DNA of 57,922 nucleotides, counting the filler, from Sphacelaria rigidula (lineage: Eukaryota), in assembly GCA_964200075.2 (NCBI GenBank). It is 9 parts of 9 records of this genome, joined end to end, with 100 filler letters (N's around TTAATTAATTAA, not from the genome) between each part and the next. Parts side by side here need not be neighbours in the genome. Positions count along the whole stretch, not along the records: positions 6,448 to 12,794 come from CAXNAA020020623.1; positions 12,895 to 19,241 come from CAXNAA020020624.1; positions 19,342 to 25,688 come from CAXNAA020020625.1; 6 more parts are not named here. One strand, given 5' to 3'. The notes beneath the pieces were generated by a model, which saw nothing but the letters and a program-made list of their open reading frames with translations, made no database searches and had not been told where the DNA came from. This document shows, piece by piece, positions 12,456-25,377 of this stretch (position 1 is its first letter; the number at the start of each line of letters is the position of its first letter). Made by a program: the position numbers and the translations under genes.

Positions 12456-12566
12456 GTGGTGTCGAGCAGCGCTGGTCCGGCGGGGGGAACGGAGAATGTG
12501 AGCCCGCTCGGGTTCTTCCTGCCTAGACCACCAGAGTCGGTCATGAAGAAAGCAGATTCCGCAGAG
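12456..12566 (+). CDS. Next internal exon of the same unknown protein (VVSSSAGPAGGTENVSPLGFFLPRPPESVMKKADSAE)
   Basis: Pyrimidine tract plus AAG acceptor, GAG|gtgcgc donor, 111 nt, phase 0-0. Confidence 0.5.
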
Positions 12567-12739
12567 GTGCGCGATTTTTAATGGACCACGGGGTGGCTGA
12601 TATTGTGTTCCTTTTTTCCCCCCCAAAAAACAATTCGCCCCCAACATCCATCCTCTAACAATCTTTAATTAATTAATATTATTGTTTTCCCCCTGTCCAA
12701 AAAATAAAAATCATATCCCAAAAAACATAAATTAATCAA

Positions 12740-12794
12740 TTAACCCTTTTGGGACTGGGCCTCCAGAACGACCAACGAGGCTGGTTAGGAGTGA
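12740..12794 (+). mobile_element. piggyBac-like terminus (TTAA|CCCTTTTGGGACTG)
   Basis: TTAA followed by CCC. The same terminus occurs at 38843 (minus) and 50896. Confidence 0.6.
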
Positions 12795-13545
12795 NNNNNN
12801 NNNNNNNNNNNNNNNNNNNNNNNNNNNNNNNNNNNNNNTTAATTAATTAANNNNNNNNNNNNNNNNNNNNNNNNNNNNNNNNNNNNNNNNNNNNACACTA
12901 TGCAGTGCGCACACCACCGCGCTCCGGTGCTCTGATGGTACGACTGATACCATCAGGGTGGGAAAAAGCAAAAAACGCGCTCGGGTCTTTGTTTTTTCTT
13001 CCAAGTGCTTGATCTCCGCCGTTACAACCATGAGCATGTGATTGGCAGGCAGCGTTTGACTGAGTTTGTCGGGCGAGAGTTGATTTCGTTCGGTAGTGCT
13101 GATCTAATCCACGAGACCAAAAACTCAAGGCGTGTGCCGAGGCAGAGACGGTTCGATCCCTTGCAACCGCGGGTACATCCCGAGTGAATAGAGCGGGTTA
13201 AAAGTGTCGAGAAAAAACATAAAAACGTCGATTTTTTCCTTCTTGCGAACGAACTGCAACATCTTGTGGCATTTCACGAGGCGAAGTAAGACAAAACGTA
13301 ATATTTTACTGACGAAAACCCAAACTTTACCACAGATGCGATACTCTGATGACAATGGACGTGATTTCCGGTTTCAAGGTATGTGAACCTAGGGCAATTG
13401 TTGTTGACGCACGCTGCTGCTCCCCGTTGGCGCTACGACCTTTCTGACACGGCAATTACTGACAACGATCAGACGTTCTTCAGACGCTTCAAACGTCAAA
13501 GTACGAAAGGTTCCCAACTTTCGACAAGAAGGACATCGGTCTCAC

Positions 13546-13641
13546 CCTCACGGGCTCGGGCAGGTCCGTCCTCATGTTGCCTGGGTTCAAGAAAACACGC
13601 TGTGCACTGCCGTCCGTCGCTGTCCGGTAAGTGAGACGCCT
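13546..13641 (-). CDS. Probable protein kinase exon, subdomain X region (RRLTYRTATDGSAQRVFLNPGNMRTDLPEPVR)
   Basis: CAG acceptor, AGG|gtgaga donor, 96 nt phase 0-0. Same strand and contig as the kinase exons. Confidence 0.5.
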
Positions 13642-14960
13642 CTGTGGAGATATTGCGTTCGGCAGTAAGTGGGAGAGAGAGTAGATATACCCATACTGTA
13701 ACACAAGGTAGCTTGACATCTGAGCTGCTAGCGAACTTCAGAGTATCGTCCATTAGGCGTTATACTGTGTGCTCATGCGTGAACATGGCGTTACGCAGCA
13801 GCACACGTACAGTGAACGATAAAAAGTATACAAGACGACCATGGCGTTCGGTTCACTTATGATGTGATCGGAATGATGACATCGCAAGTGCAATAATTCG
13901 CCCGCCAGTTAACCCGCTAGGTGGTACTGTCTAGCTTTTTGTATGCCGATATTATTGTTCACGTACATCACATTCGCTAATGATTTCCTGTATTCAGACA
14001 CTGCGATTCATGCATAGTGGGCGCTTCCACACGCGTTATCTCTACCGTTGTTTCGCAGCATTCCAACAGTGTGAGAGCATAATCGTTTCTTCTTGTGGCA
14101 CCGCTTACAAAGTAATTCAGATTTTGGAAAAATAGCTTCGTACGCCAGCATCCTTCTCCCATTTTACCACGCACCGAGTCCAACCCCTTTGTACGGTGCC
14201 CCAATGCTAACCCCCAAAACACTCAAGAGGACACGGGAAGACGAATAGACCCCTTACACTGAATGCGCTACCCATCACAGGGTCCTGGCTTCGGATGACC
14301 GCCTGTCGCTCGTCGCTGTCCATCTGGTCGTCCAGAATCTGGGATAACGGCGGAAAATTGGGAAGGTTCGGAAAGTAGAGGTGAGGGAGTGCGGATATAC
14401 TTGGTATACTAGTTGCGGTAATCGGCGATCTTGCATGAAACACGGGAGTTCACACATTAGGGATGGATCTGCTTGTAGGAATGGATCCTGGGAACCTTCA
14501 CGAGCATCGAAATATTGTCGGGAAAGGAAAATGGAAATGCACACTCTCCGGTTGCCATGTATGGCCTCGCTCATCCTCCAAAGAATCAACCCGCGATGGG
14601 TAGAATCTCGTGTTAATACCGGACGCGTTCGACCTCCATTCATTCCCGTTGTAATACTGTTCTTATTTGTCAGAAATTCCTGGTGATGCCGCGGGATTCT
14701 ACAAATTGCGGGAGTCATGCTAGGATATTAGGGGGGGGGGGGGGGGGGGGGGGGGTATTACTTACACAAACGTCCGCTTCAAATCGCCGCTGAAAGCAGC
14801 AATGGTTGTCCGAACGCACTCGTCATCACTAAATGACCCTCATTCACACTGCTTGGCACCACTTTTACCCAAATTCGAGCGCACCGCGAGTGTGTTACGT
14901 CGCATGGCATACTCATGAGCACATCGTTTCATAAAACCACCCCCCCCCCCTTCCCCCATC

Positions 14961-14996
14961 ATGGTCTGATGACTATGGCATGCATGATGATGAGTA
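14961..14996 (+). mobile_element. 36-nt 5'-truncated copy of the C-tract-targeting family
   Basis: atggtctgatgactatggcatgcatgatgatgagta, flanked by the imperfect duplication cccttcccccatc / ccctccccccatc. Confidence 0.8.
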
Positions 14997-16808
14997 CACC
15001 CCTCCCCCCATCGTAACATGACTTGCGGATGGGTTTTGTATGGGAAGATGAGCGAGGTCACACATCATGGCTGCAGAGGATAGTTTCATTTTGGGTGCGA
15101 GAATAATTCGATGCCTACGAAGGTCCCCAAGGTCATACTCAAAAACTGGTCCATCTTTGTTATGTAAGATCCCGTGTTTGAATATATGATAATATAGAGG
15201 ATGATATTCACGCTGACACATCGCCCGGCATATTACCCATGTTACTGTCATCTGATTCGCAAGTCCAATACAGAGCAAGACACGAGCAAGTAGTAAGCCG
15301 AACAAGGCAAGCGGGAGAATCTGGCTTGTGATATTCATGGTTCAAGTCCAATCCGCTTCGTAGCCAAACCTTCCCTGAAAAACGACCACATACAGATGCA
15401 GTCACTTTCGTGGTAACTCACGCTGAGCGTGTGCTTTTTCCTGCTTCTGTTTTCGTCGTGCCTCTCTACTACCTGAAGCGTTTTAACGCTGTAACATGCA
15501 TACGATTCCCGAGCTGCGTCGGTAGCTGGCTGAGTTACCCATTGTATATACTAAAGCACGTTCGCATCAACAAAAAGACCCTGTCATCGGAAAGATAGGC
15601 AAGACTTATCGATTCGCTTTTACTTACATTATTCTCAGACTAGACCGCGGATAAATCAGTCGTACAGTAGGTGACGAATGTAGCAGCACGGTTGGTGTGG
15701 ATGATATTCCCATCTGAATCGTTTCCGCCAGAAACAGGGTCTCTCGCAGTCGAGGAACCTTGCTTGTCCACAGAAACCGTCCCGGCAAGACGCTCGTCAT
15801 GAGGCGCAGCTTCAACAACTCATCACCAGAGAGGGATGGTATATCTCGCTACCGAGCTACACTCTTACACGGTACCCTTGGGCACACACCGCAAGGGTTG
15901 GATTTCTCGACAGTTTCGTATTTTTATTCGGGCACAGCGCTACACTAGCGCTAATGTTTCGTCCTGAACCTTTGGGGTGGGGGGATGGTGGTAATACAAC
16001 GCTTTTTCCTTAGCGTCGTTTTGCTTGGCCTAAGATTTACACGGGCGCCTCGCTCTGTGCGATTTGGGGTCCTGGTTGAACGCCTGTCTGTGTTCTAACC
16101 GGTTGGCCTCTTCTGGCTCGGAATGACCTCCGCCGTTACCTTTGAATATTTGTTCCAAGCTTCGAAATTCCGTCGTGCTATAGGGCAATATGCGATGAAT
16201 TGTTCGGCGCGCGCGCGCGCGGGGGGGGGGGGGGGGAGTGTTCAGGTTTTTTTGGATGAAACAACGCGTCTTCGGAACGNNNNNNNNNNTTTAATTTTTT
16301 CTTCCGTTTCTGAAGTCCCGGTGGTGGAGGGGGGGTAGGTGGTTTTGTTGTTGGGGGGCGGGGGGGGGGGGGGGGGGGGGGGGGGGTATTGTTGACAGTA
16401 TTTTTCGATGAAATAAGCGATCTCCTGACGTAGTAAGAATACCATAAACCATTCGTCAACATCCCGAATTCAAGCATCATGCCGATGTCTTCAGATCCTG
16501 AAGCAATGGCGGAATTCGACACACGAAAACAAACGAGCCTGTTGAGCCGAAAACCAGGAACGGTAGACCTTGCACATCTTGTTCTAGTGGATACACGCCC
16601 TACCCGTCAGTAGGAATCAGAACGTCGAAAACCTGACCGCGTGATGGAAAAATACATCAGGATTCCGCACGAGAAGTAGGGATCTATTGTAGGCCTCGTA
16701 GCAATTGTTTCATCATGTACGTGATCGTTTCAGCACCCCAACAAGTTGAGCGAGATGGGAGTATCGACCCAAACAAGGATCACTTTCGCTGATCAGCAGG
16801 CCGAGTAC

Positions 16809-16844
16809 CTGGACACTCCTTGGACCACCCCCTCCACCTTCCTT
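16809..16844 (-). CDS. Possible 36-nt kinase mini-exon (KEGGGGGPRSVQ)
   Basis: CAG acceptor, CAG|gtactc donor, phase 0-0. Confidence 0.4.
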
Positions 16845-17086
16845 CTGTTGTTGCAGCGCACAACACACCACAGCACCGTGAAGGCGTCCAATACAGATGA
16901 ATAGCATAGATACAGATATGCTTACAAAGCTGCGCGACGAAGCTGCGTGACAGATCAAGATACGAGTAGACAGTAAATGTGTGCTTAATGGCGCAAAACC
17001 AACCCAGCATACAAGCATAGATATGCGCACGTAGTGACGTAGTTATGTGGTGAGAGACAGATGGACAAGCCAAAGGCGCGACTTGC

Positions 17087-17274
17087 CTTGTGGCAAAAGA
17101 TGTTGTCGATGTAGAGCTCTCCTTGGCGGAGGCTCTCGTCGACAAAAATGACCCCTGCCATCGCCCCCAGCGCGAAGGTGTCCTGGGTTTCGTCAGCAAT
17201 CCCACCGACGTGGAATACTTCCGGAGGAATAGTCCCCACTGTGCCCGTCAGGCGAGCGCGACTTGACCCGGACA
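17087..17274 (-). CDS. Protein kinase exon, subdomains VIII-IX (LTGTVGTIPPEVF...QDTFALG), GC donor
   Basis: GT..PPE and D.FALG motifs. The phase-1 start matches the previous exon. Ends AAG|gcaagt. Confidence 0.75.
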
Positions 17275-17886
17275 CTGTTTGTCGGCAATAAGCAAGTAAC
17301 AAGAACAGAGATATGTCAGGTGCGATGTTGGTACTGTGCGATGATCACATTTTCATGCATCCTGTTACTATATATGGGTACTGCAATGATGGTGTGAGCG
17401 TTGAAATCCCGTAACTTCGTGTTGTGGCGTCTAGTGACAGAGCTATCGCGCGTCCCGAGCATTCGTCGCTTGAAACAGGATAGAATTCCGCCACGATTCC
17501 CTGGGCTCGTACGGCACTAGACCTCTCTCGACGCCGGGGAGCCGAAATATGGAAATTAAACCTCGAGGGTGATGGTTAGATACTAGTCCTAGTTTAGCTC
17601 TGTCCCCTAGAAAACAAAAGACCTTGTTTTCGAGTGAAAGGCTCACTCTCCTAGTAGAACGAATCACTCCGTATTGCATTCTCGTGCAAGCTCCATTTCG
17701 CATACACATATCTACGCTGAATTTCTGTCTGGAACGCGGACATGCACCTAGATAGGATATCAATGTGAGATCTCGGATCCATCTGTAACACCCATCTGAG
17801 ATATGACAGGTGGATGCTAACAATGATAGGAGCTGGAATATTACTCATGAACATTCGGCACGGGCATTCATACCCCAAATCGTTAG

Positions 17887-18018
17887 TATACTCCAGACGG
17901 ATATCCATATTCCAGATGTCTAGCCATATGTCAGACGGATAGGCATACTCTAGACGAACATCCATTTTCCAGATGAATATCCGTATTTCAGACGGATAGA
18001 CATATTCCAGATGGATGT
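17887..18018. repeat. 19-bp minisatellite (catattccagacggatatc, ~7 copies) in a kinase intron
   Basis: Degenerate tandem units read directly. Confidence 0.8.
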
Positions 18019-18761
18019 TCGGGATGAACCTCAGGACCTAGATGGGTACGAAAGATGGGTACGCAAGTCCCACACGAATGCGAGATCCCACATGGGCGTC
18101 GTCCCAGGTGGGTACCTAAACCTCAGATGCAGATTGCATGGTAATGCAGACCTGCCGCGATTTTGTAGACCTTTGCTTTAGAAGGCGGGGTTGCGGGTTG
18201 TATTAAGACGGAAGCAAGACGCCAACAGCTCCTGGCATACGGTCGGTTCAGCGATGACGTGTTCATCTTCGATGTTTTGTACTCCCGTTGATTGCTACAT
18301 GCGGAGACACGCATTCTATATCGCCATTGGTTTCTGATTTGGTGCACGTCTCGTCGAGGTATTTTGAGGGGTAGGCTCTGCTTGAGCTTCAGGATACTTT
18401 TCACTGGGAAGATCGCGGATGGAAAACGTTTTTTTACCGGAAAATATGCTCTGCTTCCTATTATACTGCGATAAATATTGTGAAAACACCCGCCACTCGG
18501 TGTCTACACTAGCTGTAGGTTGACTAACACTCGATAGCTCCTACTTCATCAGGTATCTTGAATGAACCCTGTTGTCAGGCAAGACGGCCTCTCAATAATA
18601 CCCCCGTGATGTGCACCGTTTCTTGCAAGTAGTTTGCGGAGACGTTGGCCTTCTGTTTCCCACTCGATCTATATGCCTCAATAGTGTCAATAGGTTCCTA
18701 CATATATACATAAATACTGTTTCTACGCAGTATGTAGTACACTGCGCTGGCTTGAACTCAC

Positions 18762-18907
18762 GCAGCGCCAGCCCCAAGTCGGCGACCTTTGCGCACTTGT
18801 TTCCATCAGGAAGTACTGCTATAAAAACGTTTGAGGCTTTCATGTCCACATGCACTATGTTGTGCTGGTGCATGTGGTCCAGACCTTCCGCCGCTTCACC
18901 CGTGAGC
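18762..18907 (-). CDS. Ser/Thr protein kinase exon, subdomains VIa-VII (GLDHMHQHNIVHVDMKASNVF...AKVADLGLAL)
   Basis: HxDxKxxN catalytic loop and DLG motif. CAG acceptor, gtgagt donor. Confidence 0.9.
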
Positions 18908-19808
18908 CTGCATGAGTTAGAGTCATCAACATCAACATCACCAACGACACCAACAACAACAGCAACGACGACGAGAAACGCATCATCACGTAGGAAATCA
19001 ACACGCAAGAGCAAAGCCCTCCCCAGGACAGCTGCCACCCCATACCGATGGGAGAAGCACGTCGGCGATGGGCAGAATCGGTATACCGTCAACATCATAG
19101 ATGGGGCTATGGTGGGCGGTACACACTAGTTCGAGCGAGCCCGTTCAATCAACTCGTTGACAGCGGGCGAATGGATCAGTATGGGTAGCTGAAACAGTGC
19201 CTCCTCCAACATCGTATAAACGGATGCCAATTCAACCGATGNNNNNNNNNNNNNNNNNNNNNNNNNNNNNNNNNNNNNNNNNNNNTTAATTAATTAANNN
19301 NNNNNNNNNNNNNNNNNNNNNNNNNNNNNNNNNNNNNNNNNCGTGCAAGAGAGAAATGCCACTTCAACCCCATATTTTGTATGAACCCAAAAATTTAAAA
19401 TCGGCTGTTTGAAGCTGATGCATAATGTATACAGTCCGTGTTCAGGTTCTAAAATACTCTGCAGAATTGTTTTGTGTTCAGTGTAGTACCCTGTACTCCA
19501 TATGATGGGGTCACGCTTTGGGCAGTTTTTCGGAAGCTCTGCTTGTTTTTTCAAAAGTATTCTGAAAAAACAAGACAGTTTTCTGTCATAGAAATCCAAC
19601 GCCGAATCTGGAATAGCCTGAGACAACAACCAATTTGAAAATTGGAATGCACGTGAGAGAATCAAAGTTATTCCATCAAGGCACTGCGTCCGTTGTATCT
19701 TGCGCACACCGCAGTCTCACTCTGAAGGACGAGGATATTACCGTCAGCGTATCCCCCCAAACATGCTTGTTCCGAAACTTCGAAGTTTCCACGAGTTCTG
19801 CCAGGGGA

Positions 19809-19958
19809 AGTCCCGCCCAAAGGTTTCCATACATGGCTGATTCAAAGCACCGGCACTACGCACGAGTTCCACCCGGAGGTTTACATATATAGCCGATTCA
19901 AAGAACCGGCACCACGCACGAGTCCCGCCCGGAGGTTTCCATACATGAACATTTCAAA
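19809..19958. repeat. 56-bp tandem repeat (~2.7 copies)
   Basis: Units start at 19809, 19865 and 19921. Confidence 0.85.
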
Positions 19959-20387
19959 AATTCCAACTCGACCTCAGCTCGTTACAAGTAGGCCGAAAGA
20001 AGATTATAACACCGAATAATTGAAAGAGTTGGATGAGCTAACATGCAATGGTTTGAACGGCCTCGACTCCCTCGGGCGGGCATCATGCCAAAACTCATTA
20101 TGCTTCACAAAGCAGCGCTTCGCCGGGCGGAACAAAATTGCGATCCCCGAATCAACAAAACTCAACAACATAAGGACGCGAGGGCCGCACGCCCGAGCAC
20201 AGCGGGCAGGGGGGTCGCGCCGGTAACACCAATTGCCCGTTATCCGCATACCGCCGCAAAAATGAACATGAATGCGCTATGCTCTGCGAAACAGAGACCA
20301 AGAGGCTTTGCGTTGAACCATTCCCTGCGCCACCCTCGGCCGATTGTTAAACGGGTCCGCGAGACTGGTGTCGCGTTCGCTGGTCCT

Positions 20388-20420
20388 TTACCCCGGCGGC
20401 CACTTGAGCTGCCGTCCACC
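20388..20420 (-). CDS. HINT: HINT histidine-triad nucleotide-binding protein, last exon (GGRQLKWPPG*)
   Basis: Canonical HINT C-terminus GGRxxxWPPG. CAG acceptor, TAA at 20390-20388. Confidence 0.93.
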   Translation of the reverse strand, partial: GGRQLKWPPG

Positions 20421-21532
20421 CTGACAAAATCAGAGTTTGAAGAAAAACATATGGGGGTACAACGACGCGCGAGGTTTCTCTGTGAGCCCGCGTGTGTAGT
20501 GGCGTGTTGTGAAAATGGGCGGAAAGAGCACAATTACGAGCCGGTCGCACAGTCTCATACCAACACTTGTGTGTGCATAAGAGAGAGAGAGAGAGAGGGA
20601 GAGAGGGAGAGAGAGATTACGTGCATACAGAACTGCGAGGCAACCTGGAGATTCTTCTCGTCGTATCCGGCTCAACACGGCCATGCAGTTCGTCTTTTGT
20701 GCAAGTAATAATTGTTGACGCGCTACCTACAGCCCAAGTCTTCGCCTTCAGTAACCAACGTAGACATTGCCCATTTTCCCGGCTGCTTCACTTGTAGTTG
20801 TAGCTGAAGTAAACGGCAGTATGCGGATAGCAAAAAAAAACCCCGACGATGTACTTCTACTAATACCATTGAATGGATAGGTCGCGTTCTCTTTACAGAA
20901 TCTTCTTCGTCCCATATCATCAACGGGGCTATCCAACATCCCCCAACATGACACGCTACACGTGTGTGCAACGCCTTGGTGTGCGGACTGATGAATCAAG
21001 ACGGCAACGCATGTGTGCACTGCGGAGAATATGCCGCATACGAGAGGGTACAACGACGTCGCTCTCGCGGTTGTACGCCGAACTTTCTCAAGCACGTTTA
21101 GCGCAAGGCAGTTCACATAAACTCACAGACGCCCAGCAAGATACCGTCTGAAGAGAGTACCTGAACCCACAACGAAGAGAAACGCTTGAATTGAAGCCAC
21201 GATCCCCTCGCCCCCGGGGACAACCAACAGTTGACACGTCGGTCAGATCATGATTCGTCTGAAAATTACTTCTTCTCTGTATGCTGATTCGGATCATGAC
21301 GCGGATCATTTGGCCCCCCTCTTCCATGTTTGCCCCTTATAGCGCTGGACGCTGAGCTTGCCGAGTAGCGCAAAGGTTGCGCTTTGGCTTTTCTGACTCT
21401 CGCGGTCACATATTTTGTGTTTTTGGGCCAACGGACTCGAGAGTTTTCTTTGATGAGTTCTTTCAGCACATCATGATCTGTCCGACGTGTGCAACAGCTT
21501 AATAGCTCCCCCCAAAGGCGGCGTGAACTCAC

Positions 21533-21616
21533 GATGACGTGCAGATGTAGGTGATAGACGCTTTGACATCCCTGAACTCCGTCGTTCACCACCACCCGGA
21601 ATCCTTCGTCAAGCCC
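21533..21616 (-). CDS. HINT: HINT exon with the histidine triad (GLDEGFRVVVNDGVQGCQSVYHLHLHVI)
   Basis: QSVYHLHLH triad. AG/GT boundaries, phase 0. Confidence 0.95.
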
Positions 21617-22747
21617 CTGTGTTCAAAACACAAGAGAAACGCGGAGATGGCATCAATTTGACGGCAAAAAGCATAGAGTACCCGAGCGGGGCAGGGCCCC
21701 TTGATAGTTCTTACTATTTCCCTTAGTGTACGGCTCTCTCTCTTATTCATGTCATGGTCTGAGAGTAATCGAGCGGCCTGGTTGCTGTGACGGGGAAATA
21801 CTGTCTTCTTACTTCCCGGACAAATTGCCAAACGCCCGACAAGCCCGTGTCTTCCAACATCCGGAAAGCCTTACAAGTACTCGGCCGTTCCATCGTCCGG
21901 TCCTTAGGAACGATTTAACGGAGGGAACGGACGCCTACGACATACACATACACACACACACAAGAAAGAGGAATACGTCATTGCTCTCGCTTGTATCAAG
22001 CGGTCCACCTCTCCAAGACAAAATCCAAATTGGTCATGAAATGAGTAGTTTCACTTGTGCTGCATGAAAGCTTTCACTCTGGAAACCTTTCTGCGACTTC
22101 ACTCATCCTGAACACTTCAAAGGTGGTCAGAGTATGGAACGTACCGTGGACTACGCTGGCTTTTCAAGGGACTTGGAATGCAGAGTCCTTCAGAGTACGC
22201 GGGGTGTCAACTGCCGAAAACACCAATATTTCAGGGGAGCAAGGGTATCGATTGTCGAAGATGCTCGTCATCACAGGGTACCAACGGCAGCCAGCACACT
22301 CAGTACTCCAGCGTAACCTAGGTATCAAAACCGCCAAAATACCCAACCTCACCACATATCCTACCGCCCCCGCCCCCGCCCCCCAACACATTTAGAATAT
22401 TTCACACGACAGACGACACAACTCATATGACTCATTTTCGTATAACTCCGCTGCTGAGATATACGGTATAACCCAGCGGTGCCTAATTCCACTGGCCGAG
22501 TTATACTGTACATGGTCGAGTTGTACTGTATAGCTCAGCTATACCATTTGTCACTGGATGGGTTATACCGCACAACTGAGCCAACTTGTGACTTGTCCGA
22601 CGTCTTGAATATTTGGACGAAACGTTCATGTCCAACGCTATGAACCCCTCGCAATCAACGCTGCACCGTAAAATCACCGCTCCTCCTCATTGTCTAGGAG
22701 CCCCATCCCGACGATGCCATAAACACAGCAATTACGCCCATGCTCAC

Positions 22748-22876
22748 CTGCTCCTTAGCAACCTGTTGCGCCACGAACATCAGGTGCCCCAGCAGCGCCT
22801 TATTGCTCTCCACGGCCTTGCTTAGCTGGGTCAATCCATCACGGCTTTTCGGAATTACCAAGAAGTGGGTTGGCGC
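22748..22876 (-). CDS. HINT: HINT exon (APTHFLVIPKSRDGLTQLSKAVESNKALLGHLMFVAQQVAKEQ)
   Basis: APxHFLVIPK motif. 129 nt, phase 0-0. Confidence 0.95.
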
Positions 22877-23372
22877 CTGCCGTCAACAAAAAGGCGCGGT
22901 ACAGATCTTTCTCGATGTAGACAGTATGTCACTTTCCATTACAATATCATACTCTATTGTGACACAATCTATTCACCCTAGTATTTTATGTTCTCCCATG
23001 AACAAAAAAGTTTAATATTAAAACATAAAATAAAATATTCAAGTGCCGCTGGTTACGTTCGTGGAAAGCCATCATAGCATCACAAAAAACGTGCGTAATT
23101 CGCACACTTCGAAATGCGCCGCCCTCGGGACAAGGACAACACGGGAAGGTATGCCGCACTATCACCATTGAAAAATGTCGTCTGGGGTAAAGGCCTAGGC
23201 GAATACCACAAATCACACAACTAGCATTGCCGAATCAGGAAGGCAGAGCTACTCGTATGAACCCCATGAATTATAAACACCAACCAAACGAATTAGTACA
23301 CTGCGGTTCACGACTAAATGTCATCTCTGCCATGCCGCGCCCGCGTCGTCAAACTGGCGTATCAACAATCGA

Positions 23373-23440
23373 CAATCAGCAATCAGCAATCAGCATCACA
23401 ATTAGCAATCAGCAATCAGCAATCAGCAATCAGCAATCAA
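23373..23440. repeat. (CAGCAAT)n heptamer; (CT)n follows at ~23510-23547
   Basis: Read directly, inside a HINT intron. Confidence 0.9.
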
Positions 23441-23507
23441 CGATCAGCGCTACTGTAGGTGGGTTTATGTGGAATTCAATCCCGAATTGAGTTTTTTTTT
23501 CTCTTTT

Positions 23508-23552
<45 letters not shown>

Positions 23553-23953
23553 CAAAACTCAACCATACCAGAAAGCGTGCGTGCGGCCGAGCTTGGTAAC
23601 ACCTCCGACGTTTGAACGAGCGAGCACTGAATCGAAAACAAGCTCACGAGAAGAAGCCGTGTTTGCCTGCCGCGCTCCCAAGATGCAGCAACGCGAAGGC
23701 CACTGCATCTAACCTTCGATCGGCACGGCTACTACATACCAAATATACCAGTCAGTGCAAACACGAGCACACGACAAGAATAATTGTTGGGCAGTGATGA
23801 CCTGATCTCCATCGAAACACATCCTGCTCTCCCTCGACATTTTCGCGATTTCCGTTCGCAGGCGGGATCACCTTCACCACACACGGATGCTCCCGTGCCG
23901 TACCGCATCTCACCGGATTGGACTTAACGCCGACAAGAAAGTCTCCAACTCAC

Positions 23954-24404
23954 CTGAGGATTAATATCCTTGAACGCAAGGCAGAGGTCGTCTTCGTGGA
24001 CGATGTCCGCGGGGATCTCCTTGGATACGATCTTGTCAAAGATCGTTACGGTGTCGGCGTTTATTTCCTGAGCCGCTGCTGCTCTGGCCGCGGCTTCCAC
24101 TTCGCCCCCGCCTCCGCCGTCCGACATGTGTCTGACTAGTCGCGCAATACGGCGCCTAGCGCTTGAAGGGTTGCTCCTCGGGGTGAAACTGCGGCGGTCG
24201 AAGCTTCGGCTAGTGGGAGCTTGCGTTGTTGTCGCCGCTACTGGTGCGGCGTGGAAGCTTCTGGCGGTAGCACGAGTTATCGAGCGGCCTAGCGTGGATG
24301 CTCTTCCTGAGGATGAGGCGGGGTTGAAGGATAAGGAGAGCGTCCTCGAGGATGTTCCTGCTGCTGCCACTGCTGCTCGGACGAAGCTTGCGGTGATAGC
24401 CGCT
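23954..24404 (-). CDS. HINT: HINT exon: R/S/A/T-rich transit-peptide-like extension followed by MSDG...[31 protein letters not shown] (AUG at 24127)
   Basis: TIFDKI..EIPA..V.EDD.CLAF.DINPQ motif. gtgagt donor, pyrimidine tract plus CAG acceptor at 24407-24405. The 5' boundary is less certain than the core. Confidence 0.88.
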
Positions 24405-25074
24405 CTGACAGTCGATGGGGAAAGAAGGGAGACAAAACAGGTGAGCGGACAAACGGCACGTGTCTTACTGGTACTCCGGAGTACCAGTATATGCGAGCTG
24501 GTTTTTCTACAGTAGGAAAATAAGAATTCGAACCCCGACAGGGAAATAACTACAGACTCGAGCAAAAGGTACCTGCGAATCAATTTCCAACACTGGCGCA
24601 CGCATAAGCTGAAGGATGATGCCCGCAAGGCTCATCAGGTCTAAACCGGCGACGAATTGTGCACGTCGAACTTGAATTCTAGCCGGGCCTAGCCAATTGA
24701 GGAGCCCGGCCTGAATTTTTCACCACATGGCAGCGTTTGAACTGTGTTTCCGCCGAAACAACAGCAGTCTTCTTTTCTTAGCTCCGAGAGCTCGGTATCC
24801 ACTTTCTTTTGCTTGGGGACTTTTCCGTTAGGATCCCCCCGATTTCATTTTCCTACGTGAATTTCTTTTCCCCACGGGGTTGGCATCGACTGGTGATGAC
24901 GCTGCTAAAAATGTCTCTCACTGCGTAAGCTAGGCAGCCAGGTTACCGACTTTTTTCTGCGCGCTTGCGTTTTTTTCGCGGCAGCCATGATGGTGGTCGA
25001 ACTGAATCATAATGTGCGGGGTGGGAGAACCCTAGTTCTGCGCAGAGGGGATGATCATTCTGCGTAGCGTTGGA

Positions 25075-25377
25075 ATGGTGAAACACCCGGTGAGGCAGTG
25101 TGGAACCTGCGGCTGTCTCTGAAAGTGGTGATCGCAAAAAATGAAGCAACTCATTGGACGCTGTCAACCATTCGCAAGACAACCAGTACGCTTCGGGTCG
25201 AATAATCCGAGCAGGATGCAGCTCGCATTTCATGCGACTCGCCGAACTCATCACGGCGCTTCGCGCTTGGCGATAGATTGCCAAACTGCTTCGGCGAAAA
25301 CCCGGCGTGCTCCGTCCCGGCTTTGTAGGGATGCGAGGTCAATGGTGATATGACTATGGCATGCAAGATCATGAGTA
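25075..25377 (+). mobile_element. Longest copy of the C-tract-targeting family (5' end not defined)
   Basis: 25075-25190 matches 57808-57922. 25234-25336 matches 32925-33027 and, in part, 45446-45490. The 3' end matches five other loci. Confidence 0.8.

Noticed and set aside
13140..13170. tRNA or SINE B-box GGTTCGATCCC
   Set aside because: No A-box or cloverleaf could be folded around it.
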